Assembly: GCA_013239625.1 (NCBI GenBank)
Contig: MU053513.1
Span: 392,370-456,369 of the forward strand
Source of the DNA: Lama guanicoe
Lineage: Eukaryota
DNA length: 64,000 nucleotides
Direction of reading: 5' to 3'
Under the pieces are notes generated by a model that saw only the letters and a list, made by a program, of their open reading frames with translations, made no database searches and had not been told where the DNA came from. The translations under genes and the position numbers were made by a program. Below, piece after piece: positions 12,701-25,959 of the stretch. Numbering within the stretch: the first letter of the stretch is position 1; every line of letters starts with the position of its first letter.

Positions 12701-15700
12701 CATCAGAGGACAGCTTTATCTCTTTCCAGTCCTGTGTCCTTCCATCTCAGCAGATGTTTCTCTAGTGTGCAGATCCTAATAAAATTCCTCCACAGAGACA
12801 TCCTTTCAAGGTCCACTTCCCAGGAAACTGACCTAAGAACCAGCAAGCTGTTAGCATTGCAGGGCGTGTCTGGGCGAGAGGGCGAGGCAGAGGTGGTTTT
12901 GTGCTCAGTAAAGATTAGAAACAGGAGAAAAGAACTTGCACAGTAGGAGTGGTGCCTCCAGGAACGCATCAGAGCGAGCACCCTGACAAGGCATGGTGGC
13001 AGAGAGGACCGCAAATATCCAGAATGTTCTCTCTGTGCCATTTATTGGCTGATCCCACCTGAAGGGACAGCCGGGGGCATGGGCAATATGCTTTATGAAG
13101 TGTTTATAAAATAATTAGAGCACAGAGCAGGAAAGAGAAGAGAGGACAGCAGATCTTGAGGGGTGTTTCAAACCAGAGGTAAGCAGCTCACCTTAGAAAA
13201 CAAGTCACTTAACTGACGTTCAGTCTCGTATTATTTGAGAATAACGAGGCTCACTAAGGTTTACAAATTAGTCAGTTTTGGTAAACCTCGATGCATGCTA
13301 GAATTAAGTTATCTTGTCCTAAATAAAGGGTCAAATGGAATAAAAAGCTGTGAATAATAGATGGGCAGTAGTCTAGCTTTCGTCACTTAACTCAAAAGGG
13401 TTTGAAAAATAACTGGAGTTGAATCCAAATCCTTTATTATTACCTACCAAGACAAGTCAAAAGTTGGACAGGAAGCAAAGGTAAAATGAAAAGATGGATT
13501 GGGGGCCACCAAACCTTTTATAGACAGAAGGAGAGACTAAAGACGATGTAAATTGATCTTATTGCCTCCTTCCCCCATTTATTTTTTTAAATAAAAATCT
13601 TCTAACTTTATTGGAATTTTTCCAAATATTGTCAATTTTTTTTTTTCCATTTGGGAGAACTGGAGAAATGAAAGCTGAAAAGGCGGAAAAAGTTGAATGT
13701 ATGGATTGATGGCTGGCCAAGTACAGCAAACCCATTGCTTAAAGAAAAGTTTTACCATCTTTCCTAATAACCTCCAACTTTACTTTTTCTTAAATAATTT
13801 AAAAGATAAATTCGTAAAGAATATAAGCACCAGTGAATTTATTTCATTCAATAATTTTCACTTTTCTTTAACTTTGACTCTCCATCCCTTCTGAGATCAT
13901 ATCTGCTGTATAGCAGACTCTCTTTAACTAAATGTGTTCTCTTTCACATAGTCACAAAGGTATCCTGGTAGGTGATGATATGGAATCTGTATCTTCGATG
14001 CATTTTTTGAATACAGACCAGGACAGGTACCTTAGCAGAGATCTGGGTAGAAGTTGATACTGTATGTGCAAGGCCCCCCTTTCTCCTCTCTTCATAAACT
14101 AGGAAACACCTCAGTTTTCTCAAGGATAGGTGGAGAACATAGGAACTCCAATTTGCCATGAGCTGCAATTATATTAAATTTCAGTTCCATGTAATTTCTA
14201 TCTCAGTCATATCCCCCATATTAGTCATGGTTGAAATCTAAATTTTTTATATATAATAAGTTGGCTATCTATAACAGGATATTACCACTGTGACAGGTAG
14301 AATAGGATGGTGCTTTTGGTGGAAGATGGCTAGCAAGAAGGGGGAACATACAAGGGTAGGAGGCTGCCTTATGAACAAGTGAATTAAGTAATGAAGACAA
14401 TTCAGAGTCCTGCAATCGTCCTCTTATTCCAAGTAATCCTATTGGCTTAAACCACACTGAGGCAAAACTTGGCATCAACAACAAAGTTTGCGCTCCTTAA
14501 TCAGAGTAAGAGCATGTGAAGGGGACCAGGTAAGGTTTTCCCATGCAAAGAGGGCAGGCAATGCTCTTGCTGAAATGGGTGGCCAGAATTTGAACTTGTC
14601 TGAGCTGAAAGGAATCTGCGGAACCACAGATTACTGCCTTTTTATTATCCAAAGAAAGAAAAATTGAGGTCCAGGAATGGAGTCAAACAGCAGGTAACAT
14701 AACTGAGCCAAAACCTGGGCTCCCTGACATGCTTCCTGACTTACGCAAAACCTCAACCATTTACACAGGTATCTACCTAATCTTCGGTGAGCCCCACAAA
14801 ATGTACCAGAACATAACATCTCGTGAACATTCTGGACCCATGTCTTTATTTATAAAATACTGAAAGAATGACTCTCTCCTATCCACTTCCATGTCTATTT
14901 TGATGACAAAATCAAACAGAATATTAAACAGTTCTATAGGTGATAGAGAACTGGGCACAGTTATGGAACTCATTGCTATGAATAGCGTCTCATTCTCCTC
15001 TTATCCTGTGTCCTGCCTGTGGGACAGGGTGTCAATTTCTAGAGTTTTGCTCCATTGATAAGAAGAAAAAATAATGAACAACTAGCTCCTCTTTCTTGTA
15101 AAATTAAGAGGGGACCTCGTCTGTGGTTTGAAATCTCCTTTAGCAGAATATAGAGTCACCACGTCTGGTTCTTGTGAATGGTACTGTGCACCGCCATATG
15201 CTTAATGGCTATAACTAAATGCTCTGTTCACTAAGCCAAATCATTTCTCTGAGAGAACATTTTGGTTAGCCTTCAATTACTAAATAGATCAGCAAGACAG
15301 AACAAGGTGGCTAAGTGTAAGGTCCAAACTAACTGAAAACACTTGTTCTGAAAAATACTATTCATGTTCACAAGAATATACCAGCAGAGAAGCATTAGAG
15401 GAAGAAAAGAGGAAAGAAAGAAAGGAAGGAAGGAGCTCTTTCCTTTGAGACACATCAGCCTTTCTAGTATAGACCTATGTTATCTTGACTTCAGATTTGT
15501 GTAGAGTTTTAGACTATTTTGCTCAAATAGGTGTGCTCATTACTATCATCCACAAATAGCTCCCTACCTCAAGCTCCTTGTCTGTAAACCAGATGCAATT
15601 TCCTCTCATAGACTTCCGCTCCCTTCCCCTTCTTCTTCCCAGCTCTCCCATTCTCTCCCCCACCTGCCCTTCAGCCACCATGTCCCTGATTCACTGGTAC

Positions 15701-15852
15701 CTTGAGGACATTTTCTTTCTTGATCGGGTCAGTCAAAAACATGTGCAGATGTTCAAAACATGATATATTTTATGAGTTTGACATTTTGCTGCATTTTTTC
15801 CCTCAGAAGTTAATTCAGTTTTACTGTTGAAGAAACCTGTCATTTCTCTGTA

Positions 15853-15853
<1 letters not shown>

Positions 15854-15899
<46 letters not shown>

Positions 15900-15913
15900 A
15901 AAAAAATAAAAAA
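15854..15913 (+). repeat. Long poly(A) tract (44 uninterrupted A plus A-rich extension)
   Basis: Direct reading. Confidence 0.97.
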
Positions 15914-16326
15914 TTATCTCCCCAGGGCAAAATGGTGGCTTGTGAATCCTCTCCAAAGGAAAACGGAGATGTGACATGAAGTCATCATTTTCATACGAGC
16001 TGCCTATTCGTCCTTCCATTTTGTTTTTTTTTGGACAGAAGTGAATTTTATAAGTTCAAGGATAAAGCAATTTCTCAGATCAGTCCTGACTTTCCTGAAA
16101 AATAGATCATAAGCTATTTTTGTTTTGAAAATTCTGAATGCAGGACCAAAAGCTAGAGTAACCAAACCAGAGACTGATACCCCTGGAAATAGTAAACCTA
16201 CCACCATTTTAAGTATTCACACAGTAAATTATTCACTCGTCTGAGCTCATTATCCCTCTTTTCATCAAAGACACAGTATCCTTAAGTTGGGTTGTGCTAA
16301 AAACAGAATTTTTATGCCTTAGTTTT

Positions 16327-16750
16327 GTGGGCCAAATCATGGCCAAACCGGAAAGGATATGCCAAAATTCTAATCTCAGGAAGTGTGAATATTACCTTAT
16401 ATGGCAAAAGATACAATTAAGTTAAACTCTTGAGAAAAAGTGGCCAGGTTATGCAGACGGGTCCTGCGTGCAATCCCATGTATTCTTGTAAGAGAGAGAC
16501 AGAAGAGGAGCTGGACTGTGTCCATGGCGGCAGAGACTGAGTGATGTGGCCATAAGCCAAAGAAAGCCTGGAGCCACCAGGAGCTGAAACAGATAAGGAG
16601 CAAATTCGTCCTTAAGCCCTTTGGAGGCAGTGTGGCCTTGGTGACATCTGGTTTTCAGATTTCTAGCCTCCAAAACTGTGAGAAAATGAATTTCTGTTGT
16701 TTTAAGTCACCAAATTTGTGGTATTACAGCTATCCTGGGACACTAATACA
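16327..16750 (+). mobile_element. MaLR solo LTR (MLT1C/D-like)
   Basis: tgtgaatattaccttatatggcaaaag...gccaccaggagctg...ttctagcctccaaaactgtgagaaaatgaatttctgttgttttaag...cactaataca. Confidence 0.9.
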
Positions 16751-17029
16751 CTCATTAAATAAATATCTAGTGAAGATAGCTCATTTACATGATGACTGAA
16801 ATTTTGGCATAGGATAGCAAAGGCCACTTACTGTAAGATTCAATAAGAAAGCAACTGAATCTACAGCTTTTAGCTTTTACCCTTTCTATAGTCTGTCTCA
16901 TGACGTTTGCTTATTGCAGCTGCCCCTGGGGGACTGCAAACTTGCCCGTGGACAGGGGTTGGAGTTGTGTCACGCCGTGTCTCATCCTTCCTTGAATGTC
17001 ATGCTTCCAAATTCCTCAAGGAAGCAGTA

Positions 17030-17176
17030 CTGGAAAATAATCTGAAAATATCTATAGGTATGCATGTATAATTAAATCACTTTGCTGTACTAAATCACCT
17101 GAAACTAACATTGTAAATCTACTACACTTCAATAAAAAATAAGAAATTAAATACAATATTTAAAAAATTTTAAAAG
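17030..17176 (+). mobile_element. 5'-truncated L1 3' UTR end (artiodactyl type)
   Basis: tcactttgctgtac...cctgaaactaacattgtaaatctactacacttcaataaaaaa plus A-rich tail. Confidence 0.8.
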
Positions 17177-19879
17177 GAAAGATCCCCTTTTCTACATGTA
17201 CAAAAATAGTCCATGCATTCTATTTTGCTTTCATATGTGTTTACTCTGATGATACTATGTTAATTTTCCTTGTGATCAAAGGAGTTTTAAATCAGTTTTG
17301 TTCTTTTAAAAATGTCCGTATAATTGAACCCTTTGATATTTCCATACCTTTTCCTTCTGCGGTGCCTAGAGAATCACGTTTGGGAGCAGTGCTCATTGAC
17401 TAAATGGCAAGTAAAAATGTTTCTGTTTATGCCTTTACATCCCCTCCCTTATTTCCTGAGTCATAGCTAGAAATTACAAATGCAAAGTGAAGAAGAATCA
17501 TGTAAAATGACTATTGGGCGGAGCCAAGTTATGAATCAGAGCATGGCAGAATTCTGATACTTGAACTACAAAAGAAAATTATTGGTAATGGCATTATTTA
17601 TGCACTCCTTCCACTTCGCCACTGAAAAGACAAATTAACATGTGAGATTAAGAGACTTTCAACATAGGAAATAGTTAATTCCTGGAGCTCTCAACTTTCT
17701 GGACTCAAGGACCATGTACATAACCCAAGGATCCCAGATAATACTGTAAGAATCCTTGTTCTGCTCTGTGCAACTATTCTGTATGATCAAGGCTGTAATT
17801 TCAAATGGTGTATCACAGAGCAAATTAAAAAATGAAGGTGGGAAGTTCAGCTGTAAAAAAAAACTCATTTAACCTAAGGAAGGCTGCCCTGGATGACATT
17901 TAAAACAAAAAAAGACCTCAGTCTTATTGACCCTTGTATTGAGAGTATTTGATTCTTTCTAAACAATAGTCAATTAGAACATACGAACACAAGTTGAATT
18001 TATTACTTCCTTTGGTTCACTATTTCATGTTCTTAAAACTACTTTTATTCTAATATCCATTAATTAATAGTTCCAATTTTGCTGATACAGTACTCGGACA
18101 TCCATCTGTGATAACCACTTTGTAAGTAGTGTTTATAGAATCCAAACTTCATATCCCATGTATGAGGCAAAAATTTCAAATATAACTAAATGTTCTTCCT
18201 GGTAACTGGAGTTCAAACTTTCAGGGATCAAGAGAAACATGATTCAAGAAGGAGTCCAGAAAAATTAAGCCAAAAGAAAAAAAAATTGTATCAACTTTCT
18301 GAATTTTATCTTCCGGAGAATGTGCTTAATGTAATCCATGTATATAATATATGTAATTGTTACATATAAGAACCATAAGTAAACTATTCAACTGATTTTC
18401 CAAAGTGTTTTGTGAATATTTATGAAGGAAGTTTATTGAATTCATTTCCCAGACACACACTTCATCATAGATACTATTTATTTTAGGATTCCAGAGTGCC
18501 TTATTGCTTATAAAAGACAACAGTGCAAAGCCATTTCAGGACTGACTCAAGTAACTTAAAATCTAATATTAAATAAGGGATTGGGTTTTAAGAAGCACAG
18601 CATCCACTTGATATTTAGAGCTAGATGGCTCATAATCATATTTTTTCTTCAAGGTAGTTGGTGTAAAAGTTAACTCTGTACTTCAGAAAGCTTAAAAGAG
18701 AAGTAAGTGTTAAGATACTTGACATGAAAGGATCCCCAAATAGAGGTCAGGGTCACTAACTTAAATGTCTTAGCAGAGAAAGTGGAATTGAAGCCACTGG
18801 TGAAGCATTTGGACAAATGAAAGGCTTAGTCATTTAGAAGTCATATAATCTCCGGAGCACCATAGAGGTTACTGGATAAACCCTTGCACTTAAGAGAGGA
18901 GGAAATGGAAACAATGCTCTCAGCTTTTACTTGCACCTCTTGGAACTGTGGATCCAATTCTGTACACAAATGGACGTAGTCAAGGGGTAGTTCATTCCTA
19001 AATCAATTATTAAACATGTTTTAAGTCTCAGACACTCCGTAGGTGCCAGGAAAATCAAAGCTAATTGTACCCAGTCCCTGCTCTCAGTGAGCTCACCGTC
19101 TGTTAGGAATCACGAGAGAAATGTGAATGGAGATCACAGCAATGACTGTGCCGTTGGAATAAAGAGGATGTCTTCAGATTATAACGAAGATTCTTACCAG
19201 GGAAGGCAGAGAACATAAGAAACAAGGAGAAACATGGACAAAAGCACGTAGGTCAAGCCTTCCTTGCCACCTTTTTTTTCTCCCGAACTCTCTTCTTCTG
19301 TTTCATCCCTTCAGCTGAACAAATTCCCCAGGTCATCTCTCTTTCTGTTACTCTGTCTCTCTCTTTTCCATTTAGCCTTTTTCAACTGTTATTTAGTGAT
19401 TGACAATTTTCATGGTATTTTCAATCTCTATCCAAAAAGTTTTCTCCCTCTTCGACCCTGGCTGTGACTTGGTTGCCCCCTTGAGTGGAATTTATTCTCA
19501 TGCACTTCAACATATATTTTGAACACAACATGATATATTGTAGAACAGGATTAGGAGGACAAGCCAGTGTCCTTTTTGCTTCTCATCACTGCCTCCAGTA
19601 TTTTTCAGAACTTTTCATCTTGTTGAAATATAACAACAAAACCCCTGCTCCTTCGAGGCTCAGATCATGTCACTCCTCTGTTCTTCTATTTGTTCTCTAT
19701 CAATGCCTAGTGAACTTCACCTATAAAGTGAAAACATCACCATCTGGCTCAACTGCATTGCCCAACCCCTGTTATCTTTATTGAAAAGTTTTAAATAACA
19801 CGCTGGCCTCGTAATTCTTTACTTCCCCTTAACCAACTAGTTATTCCTCCTCTGCCAAGACAATAAATACAATGTAAGC

Positions 19880-20094
19880 AATAGAGGAAAAGCAAAATGA
19901 CATACTTAATATTGATGCTTGTTGAAATAATAATGTATTAGATATCTTGAGTTAAATAAAATATATTATTAAAATTAATTTTATCCATTTATTTTTATTT
20001 TCTTTAATGTAGCTACTGGAAACTTTCATGTGACTACTAGAAACTTTAAAATAACATGCTTAGTTCTCATTTTACTTCTTTCAGACAGTGCTGA
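19880..20094. mobile_element. MER33/MER3-like hAT-Charlie element
   Basis: gttaaataaaatatattattaaaattaattt...aatgtagctactggaaa...tttcagacagtgctg. Confidence 0.8.
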
Positions 20095-20346
20095 TGTAGT
20101 CCTTTCTGATAGTTCCCTCAATTAATCTTATTTACTGAGACAGATGAATTAAAATAAAACCCATGGATTTACTTTTTCATCTATATTAATTGCATTTACT
20201 TTTTAATATTATAAACATGTACATTATTTGGGAAAATTATTTTAGAATTATTCTACCTTTCCTGTGAACTTAACATGCTGTGAATCAGTAATATGATGTC
20301 TAATTAAATCTTTTTCCATAAAGCCTGTTTTGTTAGATAATATATG

Positions 20347-20730
20347 TGTTGTGGTAGGTTGGATTATCATTTCAATTCTTCACTCTTTCCCCAGTAATTG
20401 GATCAAATATCCACACCATTTCCCCCCCAGCGTGGTCACGGTACATTCCCTAGTCCATGGGATATGCTTTAGCCAATGGGGTCTTAGCAGATACAGTGCA
20501 AGTGGAAGTATGACAAGGATTTGCACAACTGAGCTTGAAAGGATGGGACCAGGAGGAAATGAGAGAATTCTAGGGTGGAACCAAGTTGCAAAAACTATGT
20601 CTAGTCAAGATCAGTCAACCCCAGTTGTAAAAGGTAGCCTAGCAGAGATCAAGGGAGCTGAGCAGCTGACCCCCCAGCTCACATGTAGATGCTTAAGCTA
20701 AATTAAAACTTATTATTGTTACTACTGAGC
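20347..20730 (+). mobile_element. Old MaLR LTR (MLT1I/J/K-like)
   Basis: tgtggtagg...tgctttagccaatggg...cagatacag...gcagctgacc...acttattattgttactactgag. Confidence 0.55.
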
Positions 20731-20759
20731 TTTTGGGTTTTTTTTGTTTTTTTTTTTTT

Positions 20760-22310
20760 ACTTTTCTGGTTTATTGTGTCCTTGATTCCTTGATATACAA
20801 TAGCAGGTTTATTTTGGTTAACATTGCCTGATATGTGTTTAACATCATTAAAAAAAAGTGTATCTTTATGTTTTAGGTTTGTTTTTTACAAATAGTTGTA
20901 ATTTAAAAATCTGGCCTAAAATATTTTTTTTATTTTATTAGACAATAAATTTACATTGATCATGCTTACTAATATTTAATTTTTAACATCATTTGCTATG
21001 CAATTTTTTCAGTCTACTCTGTTTTTTTGATCCTTTCCTATATTGGTTTTGTTTTTCTTGGAATATCTTATGTGTGTGTGTGTGTGTATTTGCTTTAGAA
21101 AATCATTTTATGTAGATTACAAATTTTTCAATTGTTTTCTCTCAGCATATTAAAAACATTAAGCTATTGCTTCTGACTTTCTATTTCTACTGAGTAACCA
21201 GATGTCAGCCTAATCATTTTTTCTTTGAAGAAAATTCATTTTTTTCTTGAGATGCTTTAAATGTATTTTTGAGTTTGTTGTGCTATAATTTTGCTATATA
21301 TTTTTTAAAGATATAGATTTGTTTAAAATGTATTCTGCCTAGGATTTTGAAATCTATGAGTTGTTTTTTTTATTAGCTATGGAAAATTTATCATCTTGTT
21401 GGACATTGCTCTGCACCATTCTCTGTATTTTTCTCCCTTAGATACTCAAATTATATGTATAAAGGATGTTTCTAGTCCTTCCCTCTTGTTCCTTAAAATC
21501 TTCCTTTCCTAATTTTCTATTACTGCTTTTGGACTTTGTGTCCCATTCTTAATAATTTACTACAGATTCATATTCTAATTGCTTGATGTTCTCTTTAGCT
21601 TATTTAATATGTTCACATCTATTTATCAAATTTTTAATATAAGTATTTTTAAAATTTCTGATAGATCTATTTGATTCTTTTTCATGTGTTTCATGTTAGT
21701 AATTATCTTTTCTTTTTCACAATTTTTCAAACTTCTCTTTTTAAACTTTTAAACATTTTTATATTATGTTTGTACCTGTTTATACTGTTAGTGTATCCTA
21801 GTGCGTCTGATACTGTAGTTTGTTGTTTCTGATGGTTCTCATGTTTTTTTCAGTCTTTGATTGTGACTCCTCACTGGAGATGATTTGAGGCTTGTGTTTA
21901 AAAAGCTATTTTTCCAGCAATGATCTGAGTTTGCTTTTATCAGCTACAAAGTCTTTAATGAAACCCTAGGCTTTAGACTAAATCATCATCATTGGAGGTA
22001 AGTCCTGAGCGTCTTCTCCTTGTCCTGTGAGCATTTGCACTAAAATATTCTCGGGGAGACATGTTCCCACCATTGCTCTATCCAGAAATATGACAGAGAA
22101 AAGCAAGGTCTCTTTCAAGAGTGTACTTTTATTCTAGCTCATCACTGATGGTTTCACCTACCACAGATTCTAGTTTTATGTGTGTTCTCTGACCCAATCT
22201 TCCACCTAGCTGAGTTGCATAACTTTGTTTTCTGTGCTGTCCATGCAAGGACCATTAAACCCTTAAGGTTTGTACTTTCAGGGACTGGAGATGTCTTCAT
22301 GTCTTCCCTC
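20760..22310 (-). mobile_element. Old L1M fragment(s)
   Basis: Extended T-rich antisense-L1 character (ttctgactttctatttctactgag...tcagcctaatc, ctatggaaaattt, tctatttgattcttt). Confidence 0.6.
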
Positions 22311-22419
22311 TCTCCACCTGAAGAAGCTGAAAGGAGTTTCTAAATCTAGTCTGCCATGTTGCCACAAAGGTAAGTTTTTTATTTTTTAACCCTATTACAA
22401 TCTGGCTCCCAACTCAACC

Positions 22420-24345
22420 CTCAGCTGGACCTGATTACTTTTTAAAATGCAGATCAAGTTGTGCCACTTTCCTGTTTAAACTCTTTTTAAAAATAAACTT
22501 CCAATAGCTTCCATTGTTAGAGTAAAATTCAGGCTCATCACGTGCTCTCTAGAGCTTTGCATGGCCTTAGCCCTGTTTACCTTTTAAAATATTATTGGCA
22601 AGCATTGTCTTCTTTGCTAAAATGGTGTAGCCGCATTGGTCTATTTTCAGTTCTTAAACGTATCAAGTTCCTTTCCCCTAGAGATTTTGCACCTCCTTGG
22701 CATTCTCCTTGTCATGTTCTTCCTTGCTGATGCCTTACTTTCTGTCAAGGTCCAGTCTAAATGTTACTTCCTTTACGAGTCCTATCCTAATGACCAAATC
22801 TAGAAACATTGCCCACTTTTATCTTTTATAGCAGTAGTTCACTTATTTCTTTCTCAGTTTATAGGTAGAGTTTTTTTTTTCCTCCCTGCCTTATTAGACT
22901 TTATGTTTCTTGATGGCATGCCCATCAAGCTTTTTTATCATCACCACTTTCCAAGAAATTCAAAACAACCCCATCATATAAAGTTGAAAGGATTGTTTTC
23001 AATGTTACACTTGGATCTCATAGAAACATAGAGAACTGTTGACATTTTTAAACACTGTATCCTATGACTTTAATAGTTTTTCACCTACCAACTTACTCTT
23101 TTTATTTCTAATCTCTCCAGATAGATAGATAGATAGGTAGATCAATCGATTGATCAATCTAATCACTTCTAAGCAGATTTTTGTATGACATTTTTTCTAT
23201 AATTCAAAAACTTTGTGCTTCTTACCTATTACTTATTCCAATTGATTTTTTTAATCTACCAAATAAAATGTGTCACAAATTAAATGATTGAGTCTCTCCA
23301 CTTTATCTTCCTAAATTTGATTTATAAGAGTTGGTGTCTCATAAATGTCACCTATCTGTCTAGTTGTATAAGCAAAAAGCTTAGAGTTATTCTTGATTCC
23401 TTTTTTTTTAATTTCCCAATATAAATTCATTCATAAATTCCATTGATTTTACCTCTTAAATGTCTTTTGAATGAGTCTAGGTCTCCATTTCTACCACAAC
23501 CACCTCAGTCTCTGCTTCTATTATTTCTCAAGTTCTACAGCAATAACCTTCTATCTAATATATGTTTGCATCCCTTTAGGACTTTGTAATCACTACTGTA
23601 TGTGGAACCTGGCCTGAACTTCTCAAACACAAATCAGATCTATTACTACCACCATTCCTTAAATGGTTACAACCCTTCAGTACTCACAGCATTTAAAGAC
23701 AAATGGAAAAAGGACAAAAATACACACAACCCAACATCATAGGGTCCTCAGGTTTGTAAGTGATCTAAATACCACCATTCCAGCACCATTTTGCCCCACA
23801 GTGTCTCCACTCCCCACACATTCAAAAGTCAGCCTTCTTTCAAGGCCTTATATCAGCCACGATCCCTCCAGAAAAGGCTTTTGAAATGTGGTTTCCCTCT
23901 GGTTGAGTAGTGGTCTTAAATTCATCCTCTATGTAATCTATTCTTGATTATCATTCAGATCTCTACTTAATGTACTTCTTTCCCCACTCAGAGAGCCATT
24001 CCTGACTTTGTTAAGTCAAATGTTTCTATATCTCATTATGCCACCTACTCCTTCTTATTCATGTTGGGGTTTATATTTATGAAACTGTTTGATGTTTTTA
24101 TTTCTCCCCTACAAGATCGAAAGCATTGTGAGGGCATGATCTGTGCCTCTCTTTTTTTTCTAGCCATTGTACCCCAAAGCTTAGCACAGAATCTCATCAT
24201 GCAATAGGGTACAAGAAATATTTATGAAATAGTCAATAACTAAGGACATGGACAATTCAGGTTTTATCACTTTTGTGTATCTTCTATCGATCACGTGGCT
24301 TAGCACAAAGTAAATGATTTTTAAAAATCTGATGAACCAATGAAT
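22420..24345 (+). mobile_element. LINE-2 fragments
   Basis: Typical L2 3' motifs (ttttaaaatgcagatcaagttgtgccactttcctgtttaaa; ttccaatagcttccatt; cattgtaccccaaagcttagcacag). Confidence 0.65.
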
Positions 24346-24379
24346 AAATTATATCCACTGAATGAGGAAAATATTGGGA

Positions 24380-25410
24380 AGTTTAACAAGGTAGAAATCT
24401 TATGAGGATACGCAGAGAAAAAGCTAAGAAGCCATATCCTGGGAGCCTGAATACTCATAATAAAGAGTGTGTACATAATTTTAATGCCGCAGAGAACAAC
24501 CGAAATGTTTTGTTCAGGAGTGTCACAAAATCAGGTTTTTCTCTAGAAAGGTTATTTTAGAGAGTGTGGAGAGTAAGTTGAAAAGAATCAAGACAAAAGC
24601 ACACAGATTATTTTGGAAAAAAATACAATAATAAAAAGAGGCAATAATAAGTACATGAAATAAGCAATGAGGACTGCAATTGGGTAGGAAGATCTAAAGA
24701 AGGCAAAATCTGCAGAACTTGAATCCTGATTAAATACATATATATAGGAGTAAAAATGGGGAAGAATCATAGGAATAAAATAAAACACAAAAAGCAAATA
24801 AGCACAGAAATTAAAAGTGAAAAAAAAAAGTTTCTGGCTTATGTACCTGGGTAAGTAGTACTTTTTGAGCATATTACAGTGTAAAGTTGGGAAACAAACT
24901 GCAGTGGGGGTAACTATTTTTGAACATTTGAATTTAATTATATGTGTAGTGTCAGTGAACAAACTGATGAAAACCTTGAACTGGAAAGAGTGATTAGTGA
25001 TATATACGAGAAAATTATCAGTGTGTCAGAGGTGTTGAAGTCATAGGAGTGATGGAGATTGCACAGAGAGGAAAAGAAGGATCATAAGAGAAACTGGGAA
25101 CACCAAAATAGGATGGGTGGTAGGTAAAGAGGAGCCAGAGAAGGATACAAAGAAGGAATAGCCCTAAATTAAAGAGGAAAAACATGGTGCCATGGAACTC
25201 AAGACAAGTTATCATTCAAACCGAAGTAAATAGCCAATGGCCTTAAATACTCTAGAAAGGTCGAATAATAGAAGAGCTGAAAGGAGGCCATTAGATTTGA
25301 CAATTAGGAAGCTGTAGGTGACCTTGGCTGGGCAGCCTCGGTGGAAAGCTGCAGGTGAAAGCTTGATTGCAGTGGGCTGTGAACTGGGAAAGGAAAGAAG
25401 ATCTTTTCCA
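24380..25410 (-). mobile_element. LINE-2 fragment(s), antisense
   Basis: ttgaagtcataggagtgatggagattgc...ggccattagatttgacaattaggaag...gtgaccttgg. Confidence 0.6.
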
Positions 25411-25469
25411 ACTGTGAGGAGCTTGAGACAAGGTCAAACTTCATCACTAGAGGGGAAAATAAACGGAAA

Positions 25470-25959
25470 AGTTGCTTTATGGTCAGGCCACTCGAGATGG
25501 CTGTTCTCTTGCTCTTTGGGCATCTCCTGCTCAACCAGTCCCTGCTTCACCTGCACCCTACTCACAGGAACGTGTTTGCCCCCTGCCCCAGCTAGTGATT
25601 GTTCTCATCCTTAGGCCAGAAGGGCTTCACCTGCTGGTTTATTAAAGGGAAACTGTTGACCTTGTGATGGTCATTAATCTTAGGGGCTGTGAGGGACGTG
25701 CCCAGCTTCTGGCTTCCCTGGTAACTGATGAGCCAAACTGATGTTAATTCCCCCTATAAATGGTAGCCTCCTTCTCCCCTAGTAGCGAAGATCGCTGCAA
25801 TGTCCTGCCTGCCCTCTGCCCTAAATGGTGGGGTGTTGCCCCAGGCTAAAAGCCCCTGTCCACTAAGCCACTGATGTCCTGGCGCTATGTCCCGGCTCTT
25901 TCTTCAGTCTCGAGGCTGGGCAACGACCAGGCTTGCAGGCCCGCCGGTGCGGCCCGACA
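25470..25959 (+). mobile_element. Solo ERV LTR (probably ERV1 class, relatively young)
   Basis: GC/CpG-rich block with TATA-like cctataaatgg at ~25754, ending ...gcccgaCA; abrupt composition change at both edges. 5' end and TSD uncertain. Confidence 0.65.

Noticed and set aside
12412..12765. 117-aa ORF with overlapping antisense ORFs
   Set aside because: No recognisable domain or convincing splice structure; best explained by locally higher GC.
24588..24962. 124-aa hydrophobic ORF resembling a membrane protein
   Set aside because: Low-complexity T-rich frame within decayed LINE sequence.
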